Source: Geopsychrobacteraceae bacterium
Lineage (GTDB): Bacteria; Desulfobacterota; Desulfuromonadia; Desulfuromonadales; Geopsychrobacteraceae
Length of the DNA stretch: 64,000 bases
NCBI GenBank assembly: GCA_963662315.1
Contig: OY759353.1
Location: 4,608,001-4,672,000 of the forward strand
Reading direction: 5' to 3'
The stretch's first letter is position 1, and every line of letters begins with the position of its first letter. The notes under the pieces were generated by a model. That model was not told where the DNA came from. It saw only the letters and a program-made list of their open reading frames with translations, and did no database searches. Positions 1 through 13,205 of the stretch are shown piece by piece. A program made the position numbers and the translations under genes.

Positions 1-1
1 C

Positions 2-1912
2 GAAACACCGATAACCGCCAACTTCCGTGAAGGCCTGACTGTGTTGCAGTATTTCATCTCAACCCACGGTGCGCGTAAAGGTCTTGCTGATACCGCGCTA
101 AAAACCGCTAACTCTGGTTATTTGACGAGGCGTCTCGTCGATGTTGCACAGGACGCTATTATTACTGAGCAGGATTGTGACACCCTGGATGGCATTGAGG
201 TATCTTCGCTGACTGAAGGTGGTGAAGTTATCGAGCGTCTTGGTGATCGTATTCTTGGTCGTGTTGCCCTTGAAGATATCTATGATCCGGTTACTGACGA
301 TCTGCTGGTTGAGGCAAATCAGGTAATTGATGAAGACCTGGTTATTAAAATCGAAGAGGCTGGTATCGAGAAGGTTAAGATCCGTTCGGTTCTTACCTGT
401 AAGAGTAAACGCGGTATCTGTGCACTGTGCTATGGCCGAGACCTTGCTCGTGGCCACCTTGTCAATCTCGGGGAGGCTGTAGGTGTTATTGCCGCACAGT
501 CCATTGGCGAGCCAGGCACCCAGTTGACCATGCGTACCTTCCATATCGGTGGTACGGCATCGCGGCGCGCTGAGCAGACTGCTCTTGAGGCACGTTTTGA
601 TGGTTCTCTGAAGTTTATTAACCTGATTACGGTTGATAATGTTGACGGTCTTCCTATCGTAATGACACGTAAAGGGGAGGTCGCGGTTGTCGATGAAACA
701 GGTCGTGAGCGTGAGCGTTACGGCGTTGTTTATGGTGCCCGCTTGACTCGTCAGGAAGGGGCTCCGGTAAAAGCTGGGGATACTCTTGCCGAGTGGGATC
801 CCTATACGGTGCCAATTATTACCGAGGTCGGTGGCGTGGTGCATTTCGGCGATATTACCGAAGGTATGACCATGGAAGAACAGGTCGATGAGGTAACCGG
901 CCTGTCACGGAAAGTCGTTACTGAATCTAAGTCGGCTGATAAGCGTCCACGGATTACCCTTAAGGGCGAGGACGGTAAAACCGTCAAGCTGCCTAATGGG
1001 GCACCGGCACGTTATATGTTGCCGGTAGGTGCCAATATCAACGTTGAGGAGGGGGCCGAGATTTTCGCCGGTGCTATCCTGGCCAAAATCCCGCGTGAAA
1101 CCACCAAGACCAAGGATATTACCGGGGGTCTGCCGCGTGTTGCTGAATTGTTTGAGGCGCGTAAGCCGAAGGAAGTTGCTGTCATTTCCGAAATCGATGG
1201 GGTTGTTGCCTTTGGTAAGGATTCCAAGGGTAAGCGTAAAATTGTCGTAACTCCTGAGCTTGGAGATCCAGTTGAATATCTGATTCCTAAGGGCAAGCAC
1301 ATTTCCGTTCATGAAGGGGACTTCATTCATGCTGGTGAAGAACTGGTGGACGGGTCGAGCAATCCGCATGACATCCTCCGGGTATTAGGCAGTAAAGAGC
1401 TGTCCAAGTACCTTGTCGATGAAGTTCAGGAAGTTTATCGTCTGCAAGGTGTTAAGATTAACGATAAGCATATTGAGACGATTGTTCGGCAGATGCTGCG
1501 GCGTGTTCAAATTCGTGAAGTTGGCGATACAACCTTCCTGACCGATGATCAGGTTGATCGTTGGGTCTTCGAGGAAGAAAATCAGAAGGTTGTTGCCGAA
1601 GGTGGACAACCTGCCATCGGCGAACCGATTATGCTTGGTATTACGAAGGCATCGCTGTCTACCGAATCGTTTATTTCGGCTGCATCCTTCCAGGAGACAA
1701 CCAAGGTTCTTACTCAGGCTGCAATTCAGGGTAAAGTTGATTCCTTGCGCGGGCTGAAAGAAAACGTCATCATGGGGCGTTTGATTCCTGCAGGAACGGG
1801 GGTTGCCAAGTATCGTGCTGTCGAATTAAGCATACCCGAACCAGAGGTAAAGTTGGAAGAACCTCTTGAGATAGACGAGTCCGACACAGAGATGTTGGAA
1901 GAGCTTGACTGA
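2..1912 (+). CDS. rpoC: RNA polymerase beta' subunit (5'-partial)
   Basis: [36 protein letters not shown] and [12 protein letters not shown] motifs; frame open from the window start. Confidence 0.99.
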   Translation, partial: ETPITANFREGLTVLQYFISTHGARKGLADTALKTANSGYLTRRLVDVAQDAIITEQDCDTLDGIEVSSLTEGGEVIERLGDRILGRVALEDIYDPVTDDLLVEANQVIDEDLVIKIEEAGIEKVKIRSVLTCKSKRGICALCYGRDLARGHLVNLGEAVGVIAAQSIGEPGTQLTMRTFHIGGTASRRAEQTALEARFDGSLKFINLITVDNVDGLPIVMTRKGEVAVVDETGRERERYGVVYGARLTRQEGAPVKAGDTLAEWDPYTVPIITEVGGVVHFGDITEGMTMEEQVDEVTGLSRKVVTESKSADKRPRITLKGEDGKTVKLPNGAPARYMLPVGANINVEEGAEIFAGAILAKIPRETTKTKDITGGLPRVAELFEARKPKEVAVISEIDGVVAFGKDSKGKRKIVVTPELGDPVEYLIPKGKHISVHEGDFIHAGEELVDGSSNPHDILRVLGSKELSKYLVDEVQEVYRLQGVKINDKHIETIVRQMLRRVQIREVGDTTFLTDDQVDRWVFEEENQKVVAEGGQPAIGEPIMLGITKASLSTESFISAASFQETTKVLTQAAIQGKVDSLRGLKENVIMGRLIPAGTGVAKYRAVELSIPEPEVKLEEPLEIDESDTEMLEELD

Positions 1913-1919
1913 CGACCTT

Positions 1920-1943
1920 GAAGGCTCCGATTTCGGAGCCTTC
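1920..1943 (+). terminator. Hairpin after rpoC, probable intrinsic terminator
   Basis: GAAGGCTCCGA-TT-TCGGAGCCTTC perfect 11-bp stem; weak T tail. Confidence 0.65.
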
Positions 1944-1983
1944 TTGCTCTGTAAATACTAATTTTTTAAAAAGAAAAAATAGC

Positions 1984-2012
1984 TTGACAAAGATATTGCT
2001 GATTGATAATCT
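1984..2012 (+). promoter_or_regulatory. Sigma-70 promoter of the str operon
   Basis: TTGACA-17 nt-TAATCT with extended -10 TG. Confidence 0.7.
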
Positions 2013-2084
2013 CTGCGGGTTTTTCCCCGCAGAAAGGCTGCTTTAGGGCAGATTGAACATTGATAAAGATTTGGGAGAATCTAG

Positions 2085-2456
2085 ATGCCAACGATTAACC
2101 AACTTATTCGCAACGGGCGTAAAAAGAAGGTCGTTAAGTCGACCGCGCCTGCGCTGAAATCATGTCCGCAAAGACGCGGGGTTTGTACTCGTGTTTATAC
2201 AACGACTCCAAAGAAGCCAAACTCGGCGTTGCGTAAGGTAGCCCGGGTTCGTCTGACTAATGGGATTGTTGTTACTTCATACATTCCGGGTGTCGGCCAT
2301 AACCTTCAGGAGCACAGTGTTGTTCTGATTCGTGGCGGCCGGGTTAAGGACTTGCCGGGTGTTCGTTATCACATTGTGCGTGGATCGCTTGATCTTGCTG
2401 GGGTTAAAGATCGTAAGCAGGGTCGTTCGAAGTACGGCGCGAAGCGCCCTAAGTAA
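2085..2456 (+). CDS. rpsL: 30S ribosomal protein S12
   Basis: MPTINQL...[10 protein letters not shown]. Confidence 0.99.
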   Translation: MPTINQLIRNGRKKKVVKSTAPALKSCPQRRGVCTRVYTTTPKKPNSALRKVARVRLTNGIVVTSYIPGVGHNLQEHSVVLIRGGRVKDLPGVRYHIVRGSLDLAGVKDRKQGRSKYGAKRPK

Positions 2457-2480
2457 TTTAAGTCTTAAGAAGAGGACGTT

Positions 2481-2951
2481 ATGCCCAGAAGAAGAGAAGT
2501 GCCTAAGCGGGTCATTCTGCCTGATCCTAAGTTCGGTGACCAGCTGGTCGCGAAATTTGTCAATATCGTTATGGTCGACGGCAAGAAAAGTACCGCCGAA
2601 CAAATTGTTTACGGTGCCTTTGATATCGTTGCAGAGCGTACTGGTAATCAGCCGCTCGAAGTGTTTAAGACTGCGATGGAGAATGTGCGCCCGGTTCTGG
2701 AAGTTAAGTCCCGCCGTGTAGGTGGGTCTACTTATCAGGTTCCTGTTGAGGTATCTCCGTCTCGTCGTACTGCCCTGGCCATGCGTTGGCTTGCTACCTA
2801 TGCCAATGGGCGTAGTGAGAAAACGATGCGTGAGCGTCTGGCTGGCGAGTTCCTCGATGCTTTTAATAACCGTGGTGCGGCTGTTAAGAAGCGTGAAGAT
2901 ACTCATCGTATGGCAGAAGCTAATAAGGCTTTCGCTCACTACCGCTGGTAA
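2481..2951 (+). CDS. rpsG: 30S ribosomal protein S7
   Basis: MPRRR...[12 protein letters not shown]. Confidence 0.99.
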   Translation: MPRRREVPKRVILPDPKFGDQLVAKFVNIVMVDGKKSTAEQIVYGAFDIVAERTGNQPLEVFKTAMENVRPVLEVKSRRVGGSTYQVPVEVSPSRRTALAMRWLATYANGRSEKTMRERLAGEFLDAFNNRGAAVKKREDTHRMAEANKAFAHYRW

Positions 2952-2974
2952 TTTGTAAAACAGGAGAAAAAAAC

Positions 2975-5053
2975 GTGGCTCGCAAGGTTGCACTGGAAAA
3001 AACGCGTAATATTGGCATCATGGCTCACATTGATGCTGGCAAGACGACGACGACAGAGCGTATTCTGTATTATACCGGCGTTTCGCATAAGATTGGTGAA
3101 GTCCATGATGGTGCTGCAACGATGGACTGGATGGCTCAGGAGCAGGAGCGTGGTATCACGATTACTTCTGCTGCGACTACCTGTTTCTGGCAGGATCATC
3201 GGGTCAATATTATTGATACCCCGGGTCACGTTGACTTTACAATTGAGGTAGAGCGTTCGTTGAAGGTTCTTGATGGTGCTGTCGCAGTTTTCTGTTCTGT
3301 TGGTGGTGTCGAGCCTCAGTCTGAAACTGTTTGGCGTCAAGCTGATAAGTATGGTGTTCCTCGTATCGCTTTTGTTAACAAGATGGACCGTATTGGCGCT
3401 AATTTTCAGCGCGGCGTCGATATGATTCGTGAGCGACTAGGGGCTAATCCGCTTCCGATTCAGCTGCCTATCGGCGCTGAGGAAAATTATCGTGGTCTGG
3501 TTGATCTCGTCACTATGCAAGCAATTGTCTGGGATGATGAGTCAATGGGTGCAAAGTTTGAGATCATCGATATTCCTGCAGATATGGTTGATGATGTTGA
3601 GGCTGCTCGCGAGGCGCTGCTCGAAGAGATTTCCGCCAACGATGAAGAGTTGATGGAAAAATATCTGAATGGCGAAGAGCTCACGGTTGCTGAGATTAAG
3701 GCTGCGATCCGCAAAGGAACGCGTCAAATCGATTTCTGTCCGGTCTTGTGTGGTAGCGCTTTTAAAAATAAGGGTGTTCAGGCGCTGCTTGATGCCGTTG
3801 TTGATTATATGCCTTCACCAGTAGATGTTCCGCCAATTAAGGGTATTGATCCTGATACTGAGCAGGAAATTGAACGTCCGGCCGATGATAACGGGCCGTT
3901 TGCAGCGTTGGCATTCAAGATTATGACCGACCCATTTGTTGGTTCCTTGACCTTTTTCCGGGTTTATTCTGGTGTTGCTGAGTCTGGAACTACCGTTCTG
4001 AACTCGACTAAGGGTAAGAGGGAGCGTTTTGGCCGTCTGCTGAAGATGCACGCGAACAAGCGCGAAGAAATTAAAGAAGTGTACGCTGGTGATATTGCTG
4101 CCGCTGTTGGTCTTAAATATACGACTACCGGTGATACTCTTTGCGATGAAAATAAACCATCCCTGCTTGAGTCGATGGAGTTTCCTGAGCCGGTTATCCA
4201 CCTTTCGGTTGAGCCTAAAACTAAGACTGATCAGGAAAAGATGGGTGTTGCTCTGGGTAAATTGCTGTCTGAAGACCCTTCGTTGCGGGTTCGCACTGAT
4301 GAGGAGACCGGCCAGACTATCCTTTCCGGGATGGGTGAGCTGCACTTGGATATTATCGTTGACCGTATGAAGCGCGAGTTCAAGGTTGAGTGTAATGTTG
4401 GTGCGCCTCAGGTCGCTTATCGTGAATCCATTACCAAGACCGTTGAAGTTCAAGGTAAGTTTGTGCGTCAGTCTGGTGGTCGTGGTCAGTATGGTGACTG
4501 TTGGTTGCGTATCGAGCCAGGTCAGCCAGGTGATGGTTTCACCTTTGTTGATGAGATCAAGGGTGGTGTTATCCCCCGCGAATATATTCCTGCGGTTGGT
4601 AAGGGTGCAGAAGAAGCTGCTGAGAATGGTGTTCTTGCTGGCTTCCCGATTGTTGATGTTAAGGTTTCCGTTTTTGACGGTTCCTACCACGATGTTGACT
4701 CTTCGGAGATGGCCTTTAAGATCGCTGGTTCCATGGGTTTTAAAGAAGGTGCGCGTAAGGCAGATCCGGTTCTTCTTGAGCCTGTTATGGCAGTAGAAGT
4801 TGTCGTGCCCGAAGAGTATATGGGCGATGTTATTGGTGATCTTAATAGTCGTCGTGGCCGTATCATGGGTATGGACAGCCGTGGGGGCGCTCAGGTCATT
4901 AATGCACACGTTCCGCTCTCCAGCATGTTTGGTTACGCAACCGACCTGAGAAGTTCTACTCAGGGACGTGCGACATACTCAATGGTGTTTGATCATTACG
5001 AGCAGGTTCCAAAGGCTCTAAGTGAAGAAATTATTGCCAAGGTCAATGGTTAG
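2975..5053 (+). CDS. fusA: Elongation factor G
   Basis: [14 protein letters not shown] and NKMD motifs; GTG start. Confidence 0.99.
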   Translation: MARKVALEKTRNIGIMAHIDAGKTTTTERILYYTGVSHKIGEVHDGAATMDWMAQEQERGITITSAATTCFWQDHRVNIIDTPGHVDFTIEVERSLKVLDGAVAVFCSVGGVEPQSETVWRQADKYGVPRIAFVNKMDRIGANFQRGVDMIRERLGANPLPIQLPIGAEENYRGLVDLVTMQAIVWDDESMGAKFEIIDIPADMVDDVEAAREALLEEISANDEELMEKYLNGEELTVAEIKAAIRKGTRQIDFCPVLCGSAFKNKGVQALLDAVVDYMPSPVDVPPIKGIDPDTEQEIERPADDNGPFAALAFKIMTDPFVGSLTFFRVYSGVAESGTTVLNSTKGKRERFGRLLKMHANKREEIKEVYAGDIAAAVGLKYTTTGDTLCDENKPSLLESMEFPEPVIHLSVEPKTKTDQEKMGVALGKLLSEDPSLRVRTDEETGQTILSGMGELHLDIIVDRMKREFKVECNVGAPQVAYRESITKTVEVQGKFVRQSGGRGQYGDCWLRIEPGQPGDGFTFVDEIKGGVIPREYIPAVGKGAEEAAENGVLAGFPIVDVKVSVFDGSYHDVDSSEMAFKIAGSMGFKEGARKADPVLLEPVMAVEVVVPEEYMGDVIGDLNSRRGRIMGMDSRGGAQVINAHVPLSSMFGYATDLRSSTQGRATYSMVFDHYEQVPKALSEEIIAKVNG

Positions 5054-5076
5054 GACCGAGGAGAGGAGATAAAGTT

Positions 5077-6270
5077 ATGTCCAAGGAAAAATTTGAGAGG
5101 ACAAAACCGCACGTCAATATCGGGACCATTGGTCACGTTGACCACGGTAAAACCACACTGACTGCAGCAATCACCAAAGTTCTTGCCGAGAAGATGGGCA
5201 AGGGTGAATTTAAAGCTTTTGACCAGATCGATAATGCTCCGGAAGAGCGTGAGCGTGGTATTACCATCGCAACCGCCCACGTTGAGTATGAGACCGATGC
5301 TCGTCACTATGCTCACGTTGACTGCCCGGGCCACGCCGATTATGTTAAAAACATGATCACCGGTGCTGCCCAGATGGACGGTGCTATTCTTGTTGTTTCT
5401 GCTGCTGATGGCCCAATGCCACAGACTCGTGAGCACATCCTGCTCGCTCGTCAGGTTGGTGTTCCTGCCATGGTTGTTTTTCTGAATAAAGCCGACATGG
5501 TTGATGACGAAGAACTGCTTGAGCTGGTTGATATGGAAATTCGTGAGCTGCTGTCCAGCTACGACTTCCCTGGTGATGATATTCCAATTGTTGCCGGTTC
5601 TGCCCTTGCTGCTCTCGAAGGCCGTGACGACGAAATCGGTAAGAACAAGGTTATCGAGTTGATGGATGCTGTTGATAGCTACATCCCTGAGCCAGAGCGT
5701 GCTATTGACAAGCCGTTCTTGATGCCTGTTGAAGATGTCTTCTCCATCTCCGGTCGTGGTACTGTTGCTACCGGTCGTGTTGAGAGTGGTATCGTTAAGG
5801 TTCAAGAGGAAGTTGAAATCGTCGGTATGAAAGCAACAACCAAAACTGTTGTTACCGGTGTTGAAATGTTCCGTAAGTTGCTGGATCAAGGTCAGGCAGG
5901 TGATAACGTTGGTATTCTGCTGCGCGGTGTCAAGCGTGAGGATATTGAGCGTGGTCAAGTTCTGTGTAAGCCGGGTTCCATCAAGCCGCACACCAAATTT
6001 AAGGCTGAGGCCTATATCCTGACCAAGGAAGAGGGTGGTCGTCATACCCCATTCTTCAAAGGATACCGTCCTCAGTTCTACTTCCGTACCACTGACGTGA
6101 CCGGCATTGTCGAGCTTCCGGAAGGAACCGAAATGGTAATGCCTGGCGATAATATTGCGATGACAGTTGATCTGATCACTCCGATCGCAATGGATAAAGA
6201 ACTGCGCTTTGCTATCCGCGAAGGTGGCCGTACTGTCGGCGCCGGCGTTGTTAGTGAAGTTATTGCATAA
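5077..6270 (+). CDS. tuf: Elongation factor Tu
   Basis: [17 protein letters not shown]. Confidence 0.99.
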   Translation: MSKEKFERTKPHVNIGTIGHVDHGKTTLTAAITKVLAEKMGKGEFKAFDQIDNAPEERERGITIATAHVEYETDARHYAHVDCPGHADYVKNMITGAAQMDGAILVVSAADGPMPQTREHILLARQVGVPAMVVFLNKADMVDDEELLELVDMEIRELLSSYDFPGDDIPIVAGSALAALEGRDDEIGKNKVIELMDAVDSYIPEPERAIDKPFLMPVEDVFSISGRGTVATGRVESGIVKVQEEVEIVGMKATTKTVVTGVEMFRKLLDQGQAGDNVGILLRGVKREDIERGQVLCKPGSIKPHTKFKAEAYILTKEEGGRHTPFFKGYRPQFYFRTTDVTGIVELPEGTEMVMPGDNIAMTVDLITPIAMDKELRFAIREGGRTVGAGVVSEVIA

Positions 6271-6282
6271 TACGAGGTTAAC

Positions 6283-6591
6283 ATGTCTACACAGAAAATC
6301 AGAATTAGACTTAAAGCTTACGATCACAGTCTGCTTGACCAGGCCGTAGCTGAAATTGTTGATACAACCAAGCGTACCGGGTCTCGCCTGGTTGGACCGA
6401 TTCCGCTGCCGACTGTTATCAATAAATACTGCGTTTTGCGTGGTCCGCACGTTGATAAGAAGAGTCGTGAGCAATTCGAGATTCGCACCCATAAGCGTCT
6501 TCTTGACATTATGGAGCCCACGCAGCAGACCGTTGATGCTTTGATGAAGCTGGATCTGTCTGCTGGTGTAGATGTGGAAATCAAACTTTAA
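6283..6591 (+). CDS. rpsJ: 30S ribosomal protein S10
   Basis: [11 protein letters not shown]; operon order. Confidence 0.99.
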   Translation: MSTQKIRIRLKAYDHSLLDQAVAEIVDTTKRTGSRLVGPIPLPTVINKYCVLRGPHVDKKSREQFEIRTHKRLLDIMEPTQQTVDALMKLDLSAGVDVEIKL

Positions 6592-6624
6592 TTAATGGTG
6601 TGATTGAAATATAAGGGCACGACT

Positions 6625-7248
6625 ATGACCAACGGATTGTTAGGAAAAAAAATCGGCATGACGCAGGTGTATGCGGCTGATGGCCAGCGTATCCCTGTTA
6701 CTGTTCTTGAGGCTGGACCATGTACAGTGCTTCAGGCTAAGGATGTTGCTAAAGACGGCTACGTGGCCGTTCAGCTCGGTTTTGAAGCCAAGGCTTCACA
6801 CCGCGTTAACAAGCCTGAACTCGGGCATTTCAAAAAAGCTGGTAAGGGCGCATTTGCGTACGTACGCGAATTTTCTCTTGATGGAGAATGCGCAGCAGGT
6901 GATGTCGTTTCATGCGATATGTTTAAGCCTGGCGATCGTATTGATGTCGTAGGTACCAGTAAGGGTAAGGGTTTCCAAGGTGTTATGAAGCGCTGGAACT
7001 TTGCCGGTGGACGCGCTACCCATGGTTCGATGTTTAAGCGTCGTCCTGGTGGTATCAGCGCCTCTGCATGGCCATCCCGCGTCTTCAAGGGTAAAAAGAT
7101 GCCTGGTCAGATGGGTAATGCACGGGTGACTACCCAAAACCTGATCATTGTGGATGTTCGTCCTGAGCAGAACCTGATCATGGTTCGCGGTGCTGTTCCT
7201 GGCCCCAAAAATGGACTTGTGGAGATCCGCAAGGGAATTAAGTTTTAA
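6625..7248 (+). CDS. rplC: 50S ribosomal protein L3
   Basis: GLLGKKIGMTQ; ATG at 6625 preferred over upstream TTG. Confidence 0.98.
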   Translation: MTNGLLGKKIGMTQVYAADGQRIPVTVLEAGPCTVLQAKDVAKDGYVAVQLGFEAKASHRVNKPELGHFKKAGKGAFAYVREFSLDGECAAGDVVSCDMFKPGDRIDVVGTSKGKGFQGVMKRWNFAGGRATHGSMFKRRPGGISASAWPSRVFKGKKMPGQMGNARVTTQNLIIVDVRPEQNLIMVRGAVPGPKNGLVEIRKGIKF

Positions 7249-7271
7249 TTGCTGCGGCACAGGAGTGAATA

Positions 7272-7895
7272 ATGGCAACTGTAACAATATATGATCAGGA
7301 TAAAAAATCGGTTGGTGAGCGTGAGCTTGCTGAGCAGGTTTTTAATGCTGAAGTAAAAGAATATCTCCTTCACGACATGGTTCGCTATCAGCTTGCAGCT
7401 CGTCGTCAAGGTACTGCTGCTGTCAAGAATCGGGCAGCCGTTGCGGGCGGGGGTAAGAAACCTTACAAGCAAAAAGGTACTGGTAATGCCCGTCAGGGTA
7501 CGATCCGTGCTCCGCACTTTGTCGGTGGTGGCGTCGTGTTTGGTCCTCAGCCTCGTTCTTACGCATTCAAGTTGAATCGCAAGGTTAAGAAGGCTGCCCT
7601 GTGTTCTGCACTGTCGGTGCGTTATCAGGCTGAGAAGCTCGTAGTGATGAAAGATATCGCTATGGATCAGATCAGCACCAAAGGGTTTGCTGAATTGCTG
7701 AAACGCTTCGACGTTGAGGGTGCTCTGGTTGTGATCGATCAGGCTGATCCGAAGGTTGAGCTTTCTGCTCGTAATCTGAAGAATGTCAAGGTTCTGCGTG
7801 CCGATGGTGTCAATGTTTACGACATCCTGAAGTACCCCAACCTGATTCTTACTGATGCAGCTGTGACCGAAATTGAAGGAGCATTGGAAAAATGA
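7272..7895 (+). CDS. rplD: 50S ribosomal protein L4
   Basis: [14 protein letters not shown]. Confidence 0.98.
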   Translation: MATVTIYDQDKKSVGERELAEQVFNAEVKEYLLHDMVRYQLAARRQGTAAVKNRAAVAGGGKKPYKQKGTGNARQGTIRAPHFVGGGVVFGPQPRSYAFKLNRKVKKAALCSALSVRYQAEKLVVMKDIAMDQISTKGFAELLKRFDVEGALVVIDQADPKVELSARNLKNVKVLRADGVNVYDILKYPNLILTDAAVTEIEGALEK

Positions 7896-8179
7896 GACCA
7901 TTGCATGAAATTATTCGCAAGCCTTTGATTACCGAGAAGGCTAACGATCTTAAGGACCAGGCTCAGGTTGTCGCATTTGAAGTTGCTCGCTCTGCAAATA
8001 AGATAGAAATTAAGCAGGCAGTTGAAAAAGCATTTGACGTAAAGGTCAAATCTGTTAATACTATGCAGTTTCGTGGCAAGGTCAAGCGTGTTGGCCATAA
8101 CCTTGGGCAGCGTGGTAACTGGAAAAAGGCCTATGTGACTCTTGAAGAGGGTCAAAATATAGATTTTTATGGCGTTTAA
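7892..8179 (+). CDS. rplW: 50S ribosomal protein L23
   Basis: PLITEK...WKKAYVTL. Confidence 0.98.
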   Translation: MRPLHEIIRKPLITEKANDLKDQAQVVAFEVARSANKIEIKQAVEKAFDVKVKSVNTMQFRGKVKRVGHNLGQRGNWKKAYVTLEEGQNIDFYGV

Positions 8180-8212
8180 GGCCGTGATTTTGGCAGGTAT
8201 GGAGAAATTGTC

Positions 8213-9040
8213 ATGGGTATAAAAAAATTCAATCCAACCTCGGACGGTCGTCGTCATATGACTTCCTCGACTTTCGAGGAAGTAACAAAGAGCCGTCCGG
8301 AGAGATCGCTGACCGAACCATTGAAACGGGCCGGCGGTCGTAATAACTCTGGTCGCATTACCAAGCGCCACACCGGTGGTGGACACAAGCGTCTCTATCG
8401 CGTGGTAGATTTTCGTCGTGATAAGCTTGAGGTTCCAGCCAAGGTTGCAGCGATTGAGTACGATCCGAATCGTAGCTCCCGTATTGCATTGCTTTTTTAT
8501 GCTGACGGTGAAAAACGCTACATCCTCGCACCGAACGGTTTGAGCGTGGGTGATAGTGTCGTTGCCAGTGACAATGCAGATATTCGTCCTGGTAATGCTT
8601 TGACTATCCGTGCGATCCCGTTAGGTACCTGGGTTCATAACGTTGAGCTTAAAGTTGGTAAGGGTGGTCAGTTTGCTCGTAGCGCTGGTGCCTATGCGAT
8701 GATCGCTGCTAAAGATGGTCGTTACGCTCAATTGCGTTTACCTTCTGGTGAGGTTCGCCTGGTGCTTCAGGATTGTCGCGCCACTGTTGGTCAGGTTGGA
8801 AACCTTGATTTTGAAAAAATCAAAATCGGTAAGGCCGGACGTAACAGATGGCTCGGTAAGCGTCCGCAGTCTCGCGGTGTCGCTATGAACCCTGTTGATC
8901 ACCCACATGGTGGTGGTGAGGGTAAGAGTTCTGGTGGTCGTCACCCGGTAACCCCTTGGGGTGTGCCAACTAAAGGGTATAAGACCAGAACTAACAAGCG
9001 CACTGATAAATTTATCGTACGTCGTAGAAATAGTAAGTAA
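8213..9040 (+). CDS. rplB: 50S ribosomal protein L2
   Basis: [14 protein letters not shown]. Confidence 0.99.
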   Translation: MGIKKFNPTSDGRRHMTSSTFEEVTKSRPERSLTEPLKRAGGRNNSGRITKRHTGGGHKRLYRVVDFRRDKLEVPAKVAAIEYDPNRSSRIALLFYADGEKRYILAPNGLSVGDSVVASDNADIRPGNALTIRAIPLGTWVHNVELKVGKGGQFARSAGAYAMIAAKDGRYAQLRLPSGEVRLVLQDCRATVGQVGNLDFEKIKIGKAGRNRWLGKRPQSRGVAMNPVDHPHGGGEGKSSGGRHPVTPWGVPTKGYKTRTNKRTDKFIVRRRNSK

Positions 9041-9062
9041 TTCAAGCCTTTAGGAGAAGATC

Positions 9063-9341
9063 GTGGCAAGATCAATTAAAAAAGGGCCTTACGTCCAGGA
9101 CAGCCTGCTACGCAAAGTAGATCTTGAAGGTGAGGCTAACCGTAATAAGGTAATCAAGACTTGGTCGCGTAGATCAACCATCATCCCGGAATTTGTCGGG
9201 ATGACTTTTGCCGTCCATAACGGTAAAAAATTCGTTCCTGTTTTCGTTAGCGAAAACATGGTAGGCCATAAGCTCGGTGAGTTCGCTCCAACGCGTACAT
9301 TCTTTGGGCATGGTGCTGATAAGAAAAGTAAGGTCAGATAG
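9063..9341 (+). CDS. rpsS: 30S ribosomal protein S19
   Basis: [11 protein letters not shown]. Confidence 0.99.
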   Translation: MARSIKKGPYVQDSLLRKVDLEGEANRNKVIKTWSRRSTIIPEFVGMTFAVHNGKKFVPVFVSENMVGHKLGEFAPTRTFFGHGADKKSKVR

Positions 9342-9370
9342 ATTACCGCGTTTCACAGGAGTTCCGAATA

Positions 9371-9703
9371 ATGGAAGCACAAGCAAAATTAAGGAACGTT
9401 CGTCTTTCGCCGCGCAAGGCGAGACTCGTTGTCGATATGGTCCGCGGTAAGGGGATTCAGGATGCGCTGAATATCCTTCAGTTCTCCCCCCAGAAAACTG
9501 CGCCTGTACTGTCTAAACTATTGAAATCTGCTGTTGCCAACGCTGAACAAAAGGGCGTTTCTGACGTTGATCAGTTGTACGTAAAAACCGTAATGGTTGA
9601 TCAGGGTCCAGTACTTCGTCGTTTTATGCCTCGTGCACAGGGGCGTGCCAGTCGGATTCGTAAACCAACCAGCCACATTACTGTGGTTTTGGATGTTAAG
9701 TAA
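9371..9703 (+). CDS. rplV: 50S ribosomal protein L22
   Basis: SPRKARLV...PRAQGRA. Confidence 0.98.
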   Translation: MEAQAKLRNVRLSPRKARLVVDMVRGKGIQDALNILQFSPQKTAPVLSKLLKSAVANAEQKGVSDVDQLYVKTVMVDQGPVLRRFMPRAQGRASRIRKPTSHITVVLDVK

Positions 9704-9720
9704 ATCGAGGAGGTATCCCT

Positions 9721-10371
9721 TTGGGCCAGAAAGTTCATCCGATAGGATTTCGTCTAGGTGTTAACCGGACATGGGAATCCCGCTGGTATGCAGATTCTGA
9801 TTATTCAGAGAAATTGCATGCAGATCTTAAACTGCGTAATTTTTTGAAAAAACGCCTTTATCATGCGGGTATTTCAAAAATCGAGCTCGAGCGCGCAGCA
9901 AATAAAGTTAAGATCAATATTTTTGCCGCCAGACCGGGTATCATCATTGGTAAAAAAGGGTCTGAGGTCGAAGTATTGAAAAACGATCTGGCCAAGATTA
10001 CCGACGATGAATGTTTCATTAATATTCAAGAGGTCCGTAAGCCTGAGGTTGATGCTCAGCTTGTTGCCGAAAACGTTGCACTGCAGCTGGAGCGTCGTGT
10101 TGCGTTCCGTCGTGCTATGAAGCGCAGTGTTAGTATGGCGCTGAAGTTCGGTGCTAAAGGTATCAAGATTACCTGTGCTGGGCGCCTTGGTGGTGCTGAA
10201 ATGAGTCGTACCGAGTGGTATCGTGAGGGTCGTGTGCCTTTGCATACTTTGCGTGCGGATATCGATTATGGTTTCGCCGAAGCGCTTACGACTTATGGAA
10301 TTATCGGCGTCAAGGTCCTCATCTTTAAAGGTGAGGTGCTTGGAAAAGAACAGGAACAGCCGGTAGGCTGA
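9721..10371 (+). CDS. rpsC: 30S ribosomal protein S3
   Basis: [15 protein letters not shown] start behind GAGGAGG. Confidence 0.98.
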   Translation: MGQKVHPIGFRLGVNRTWESRWYADSDYSEKLHADLKLRNFLKKRLYHAGISKIELERAANKVKINIFAARPGIIIGKKGSEVEVLKNDLAKITDDECFINIQEVRKPEVDAQLVAENVALQLERRVAFRRAMKRSVSMALKFGAKGIKITCAGRLGGAEMSRTEWYREGRVPLHTLRADIDYGFAEALTTYGIIGVKVLIFKGEVLGKEQEQPVG

Positions 10372-10387
10372 TCAGGAGTAATTTGCC

Positions 10388-10810
10388 ATGTTAATGCCAA
10401 AAAGAGTAAAACATAGGAAGCAGTTTACCGGACGTATGACCGGCCAGGCCTCCCGTGGTGCTGAAGTTGCCTTCGGTGATTACGGTTTGCAGGCTCTTGA
10501 GTGTGGCTGGCTTTCCTCACGTCAGATCGAAGCTGCACGCCGGGCAATGACACGTTATATCAAACGTGGTGGAAAGATCTGGATTCGTTCATTTCCGCAC
10601 AAGCCTCTCACTAGCAAGCCTGCTGAGACCCGGATGGGTAAAGGTAAGGGGTCTCCAGAAAAATGGGTTGCTGTTGTTAAGCCTGGTCATATCCTCTATG
10701 AAATGCAGGGCGTGTCTGAAGAGGTAGCACGCGAAGCGTTCCGCCTTGGTGCTCATAAGCTGCCGATGCGGACTAAGTTTGTAAAGAGAGAGGTTGGCGA
10801 TGAAGGCTAG
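10388..10810 (+). CDS. rplP: 50S ribosomal protein L16
   Basis: ETRMGKGKG. Confidence 0.99.
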   Translation: MLMPKRVKHRKQFTGRMTGQASRGAEVAFGDYGLQALECGWLSSRQIEAARRAMTRYIKRGGKIWIRSFPHKPLTSKPAETRMGKGKGSPEKWVAVVKPGHILYEMQGVSEEVAREAFRLGAHKLPMRTKFVKREVGDEG

Positions 10811-10991
10811 TGAAATTAAAGATCTCACGGTTGATGAGTTGAATGCGAAGGTAGCTGAGCTTCAGCAGGAAATGTTTAATCTGAAGTTTCAGATGCATAC
10901 CGGTCACCTGGAAAATACAGCGAGAATTTCACAACTGCGTAAAGATGTTGCGCGTGTGAAGACCGTTCTTTCCAGTAAACAAAGTGCCTAG
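10800..10991 (+). CDS. rpmC: 50S ribosomal protein L29
   Basis: MKASEIKDL...RKDVARVKT. Confidence 0.97.
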   Translation: MKASEIKDLTVDELNAKVAELQQEMFNLKFQMHTGHLENTARISQLRKDVARVKTVLSSKQSA

Positions 10992-11004
10992 TGGGTGAGG
11001 AAAA

Positions 11005-11271
11005 ATGAGTCAGGAACGAGGTAATAGAAGAACCCGGATCGGCTTAGTTGTCAGTGACAAGATGGATAAAACTGTTGTTGTCAGGGTCGATGAGCTGGTT
11101 AAGCACAGTATTTATAAAAAATTCATCAAGCGTAAGGTCACCTGCAAGGCTCATGATGAAGAGAACAGTTGCGGGATTGGTGATAAAGTCCTTATTGTCG
11201 AAACCAGACCCTTGTCTAAGGATAAGCGGTGGCGTGTGCGCCAGATTCTGGAGAAGGCCGTTACTGCTTAG
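11005..11271 (+). CDS. rpsQ: 30S ribosomal protein S17
   Basis: VVSDKMDKT...ETRPLSK. Confidence 0.98.
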   Translation: MSQERGNRRTRIGLVVSDKMDKTVVVRVDELVKHSIYKKFIKRKVTCKAHDEENSCGIGDKVLIVETRPLSKDKRWRVRQILEKAVTA

Positions 11272-11282
11272 GAGTGTAAGTC

Positions 11283-11651
11283 ATGATCCAGATGCAATCG
11301 ATGCTTAGCGTTGCTGATAACTCAGGCGCAAAAAAGCTCTGCTGTATTAAGGTCCCAGGTGGATCTAAACGTAAATATGCCGGAATTGGCGACATTATCA
11401 TTTGTAGTGTTAAGGAAGCTTTGCCAAATTCCAAAGTTAAAAAAGGCGATGTTGTTCGTGCTGTTATTGTACGGACTGCAAAAGAGGTCGCACGTCCTGA
11501 CGGTTCTTTTATCCGTTTTGATACCAACTCTGCAGTTGTTGTCAATGCTGGTAACGAGCCAGTCGGCACACGTATTTTTGGACCAGTCGCCAGAGAATTG
11601 CGGGCCCGTCAATTTATGAAAATCGTCTCACTGGCCCCTGAAGTTTTATAA
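11283..11651 (+). CDS. rplN: 50S ribosomal protein L14
   Basis: VADNSGAK...SLAPEVL. Confidence 0.99.
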   Translation: MIQMQSMLSVADNSGAKKLCCIKVPGGSKRKYAGIGDIIICSVKEALPNSKVKKGDVVRAVIVRTAKEVARPDGSFIRFDTNSAVVVNAGNEPVGTRIFGPVARELRARQFMKIVSLAPEVL

Positions 11652-11677
11652 TCTTAGACTGTTGGAGAGTCAAAGCA

Positions 11678-12007
11678 ATGGCTAGTGTAAAGATGCATGT
11701 CAAAAAAGATGACATGGTTAAAGTTGTCGCTGGTAAAGAGCGTGGTAAGACTGCTAAAGTCCTGCGCGTTTTTCCGGAAAAGGGACGCGTCATCGTTGAA
11801 GGTCTCAACGTTGTCAAGCGTCACACCCGCCCGAGTCAGTTGAACCCCGAAGGTGGCATTGTTGAAAAGGAAGCTGCAATCAGCGCTTCTAATGTAATGC
11901 TCGTCTGTGGTTCTTGTAATGAAGCGACTCGCACTGGCGTACGGACCCTAGAGGATGGTAGCAAGTCTCGTTTTTGCAAGAAATGCAACGCGAGCGTAGA
12001 TAAATAA
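11678..12007 (+). CDS. rplX: 50S ribosomal protein L24
   Basis: KOW motif; C-terminal CxxC...CxxC. Confidence 0.98.
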   Translation: MASVKMHVKKDDMVKVVAGKERGKTAKVLRVFPEKGRVIVEGLNVVKRHTRPSQLNPEGGIVEKEAAISASNVMLVCGSCNEATRTGVRTLEDGSKSRFCKKCNASVDK

Positions 12008-12018
12008 CGGAGATTTCA

Positions 12019-12558
12019 ATGGCCAGGTTGAAAGAGGCATATACTCAGGAGCAGATCCCTGCCCTGATGAAGGAGTTCCAATACCGTAACGTAATGGAAG
12101 TTCCAAAGATCGAGAAGGTGGTTCTGAATATGGGGCTCGGTGAAGCCATTCAGAATCCGAAGCTCCTGGAATCCGCTGTCCTGGAAATGGAACGTATTTC
12201 AGGTCAGAAGGCGGTAATTACCAAATCGAAAAAGTCGATTGCTGGATTCAAATTGCGTGAGGATATGTCGATCGGTGTCTGTGTGACCCTGAGACATGAT
12301 CGTGCTTGGGAGTTCCTTGATCGTCTCATTAATATTGCGTTGCCGCGCGTTCGTGATTTTAAAGGTGTCTCTCCGAAGGCTTTTGATGGTCGTGGAAACT
12401 ACACCCTCGGGATTCGTGAGCAATTGATTTTCCCAGAGATCGATCTGGATAAAATTGCCAAAATTTCGGGTTTAAATGTCACGATTGTAACGACGGCTAA
12501 GACTGATGAAGAGGGGCGTGCGTTGCTGTCTGGTATTGGCATGCCTTTTAGAAAATAA
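12019..12558 (+). CDS. rplE: 50S ribosomal protein L5
   Basis: [10 protein letters not shown]. Confidence 0.99.
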   Translation: MARLKEAYTQEQIPALMKEFQYRNVMEVPKIEKVVLNMGLGEAIQNPKLLESAVLEMERISGQKAVITKSKKSIAGFKLREDMSIGVCVTLRHDRAWEFLDRLINIALPRVRDFKGVSPKAFDGRGNYTLGIREQLIFPEIDLDKIAKISGLNVTIVTTAKTDEEGRALLSGIGMPFRK

Positions 12559-12577
12559 AGTTTAAGCGGAGGATATT

Positions 12578-12763
12578 GTGGCAAAAAAATCTATGATTGT
12601 TAAGGCGAAGCGGCCTAAAAAGTTCGCAGTTCGTGAGTATAATCGCTGTCCGATCTGCGGTCGCCCACGCGCCTATTATCGCAAGTTTGATATGTGCAGA
12701 ATTTGTCTTAGGAAACTGGCTTCAGAGGGAAAACTCCCCGGAGTTGTCAAGTCCAGCTGGTAA
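12578..12763 (+). CDS. rpsN: 30S ribosomal protein S14, zinc-binding type Z
   Basis: 61 aa, CPIC...CRIC. Confidence 0.98.
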   Translation: MAKKSMIVKAKRPKKFAVREYNRCPICGRPRAYYRKFDMCRICLRKLASEGKLPGVVKSSW

Positions 12764-12784
12764 CAGCAAGAAGGAGTACCATTC

Positions 12785-13183
12785 ATGTCAATGACAGATC
12801 CAATAGCGGATATGCTAACTCGTATTCGTAATGCCGGTATGGCAGGTCATTCAAAGGTTGATGTCCCCTCAAGTAACGTTAAAACTGCCGTTGCTGCAGT
12901 TTTAAAAGACCTTGGTTATATCAAAAATCTCAAGCATGTATCTGATGGAAAGCAAGGTGTTTTGCGTATTTATCTGAAATACGACGATAACAACACGCCT
13001 GTTATTCATGAGATTAAGCGGGTGTCCACTCCTGGACGCCGTTTTTATGTTGGCAAGGGTGAAATCCCTGTGGTCAAAAATGGTCACGGTGCTTCAATTC
13101 TTTCGACCTCCAAAGGTGTCCTGGATGACGTTACCGCACGTAAGTCACAGGTTGGTGGCGAAGTAATTTGTACCGTTTGGTAA
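12785..13183 (+). CDS. rpsH: 30S ribosomal protein S8
   Basis: [13 protein letters not shown]. Confidence 0.99.
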   Translation: MSMTDPIADMLTRIRNAGMAGHSKVDVPSSNVKTAVAAVLKDLGYIKNLKHVSDGKQGVLRIYLKYDDNNTPVIHEIKRVSTPGRRFYVGKGEIPVVKNGHGASILSTSKGVLDDVTARKSQVGGEVICTVW

Positions 13184-13205
13184 CGGTAGATCGAGGAGTA
13201 GCAAA

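Noticed and set aside
5050..6492. 480-aa antisense ORF over tuf/rpsJ, and similar shadow ORFs over fusA, rpoC and ppdK
   Set aside because: Typical antisense open frames of codon-biased, highly expressed genes; no recognisable motifs.
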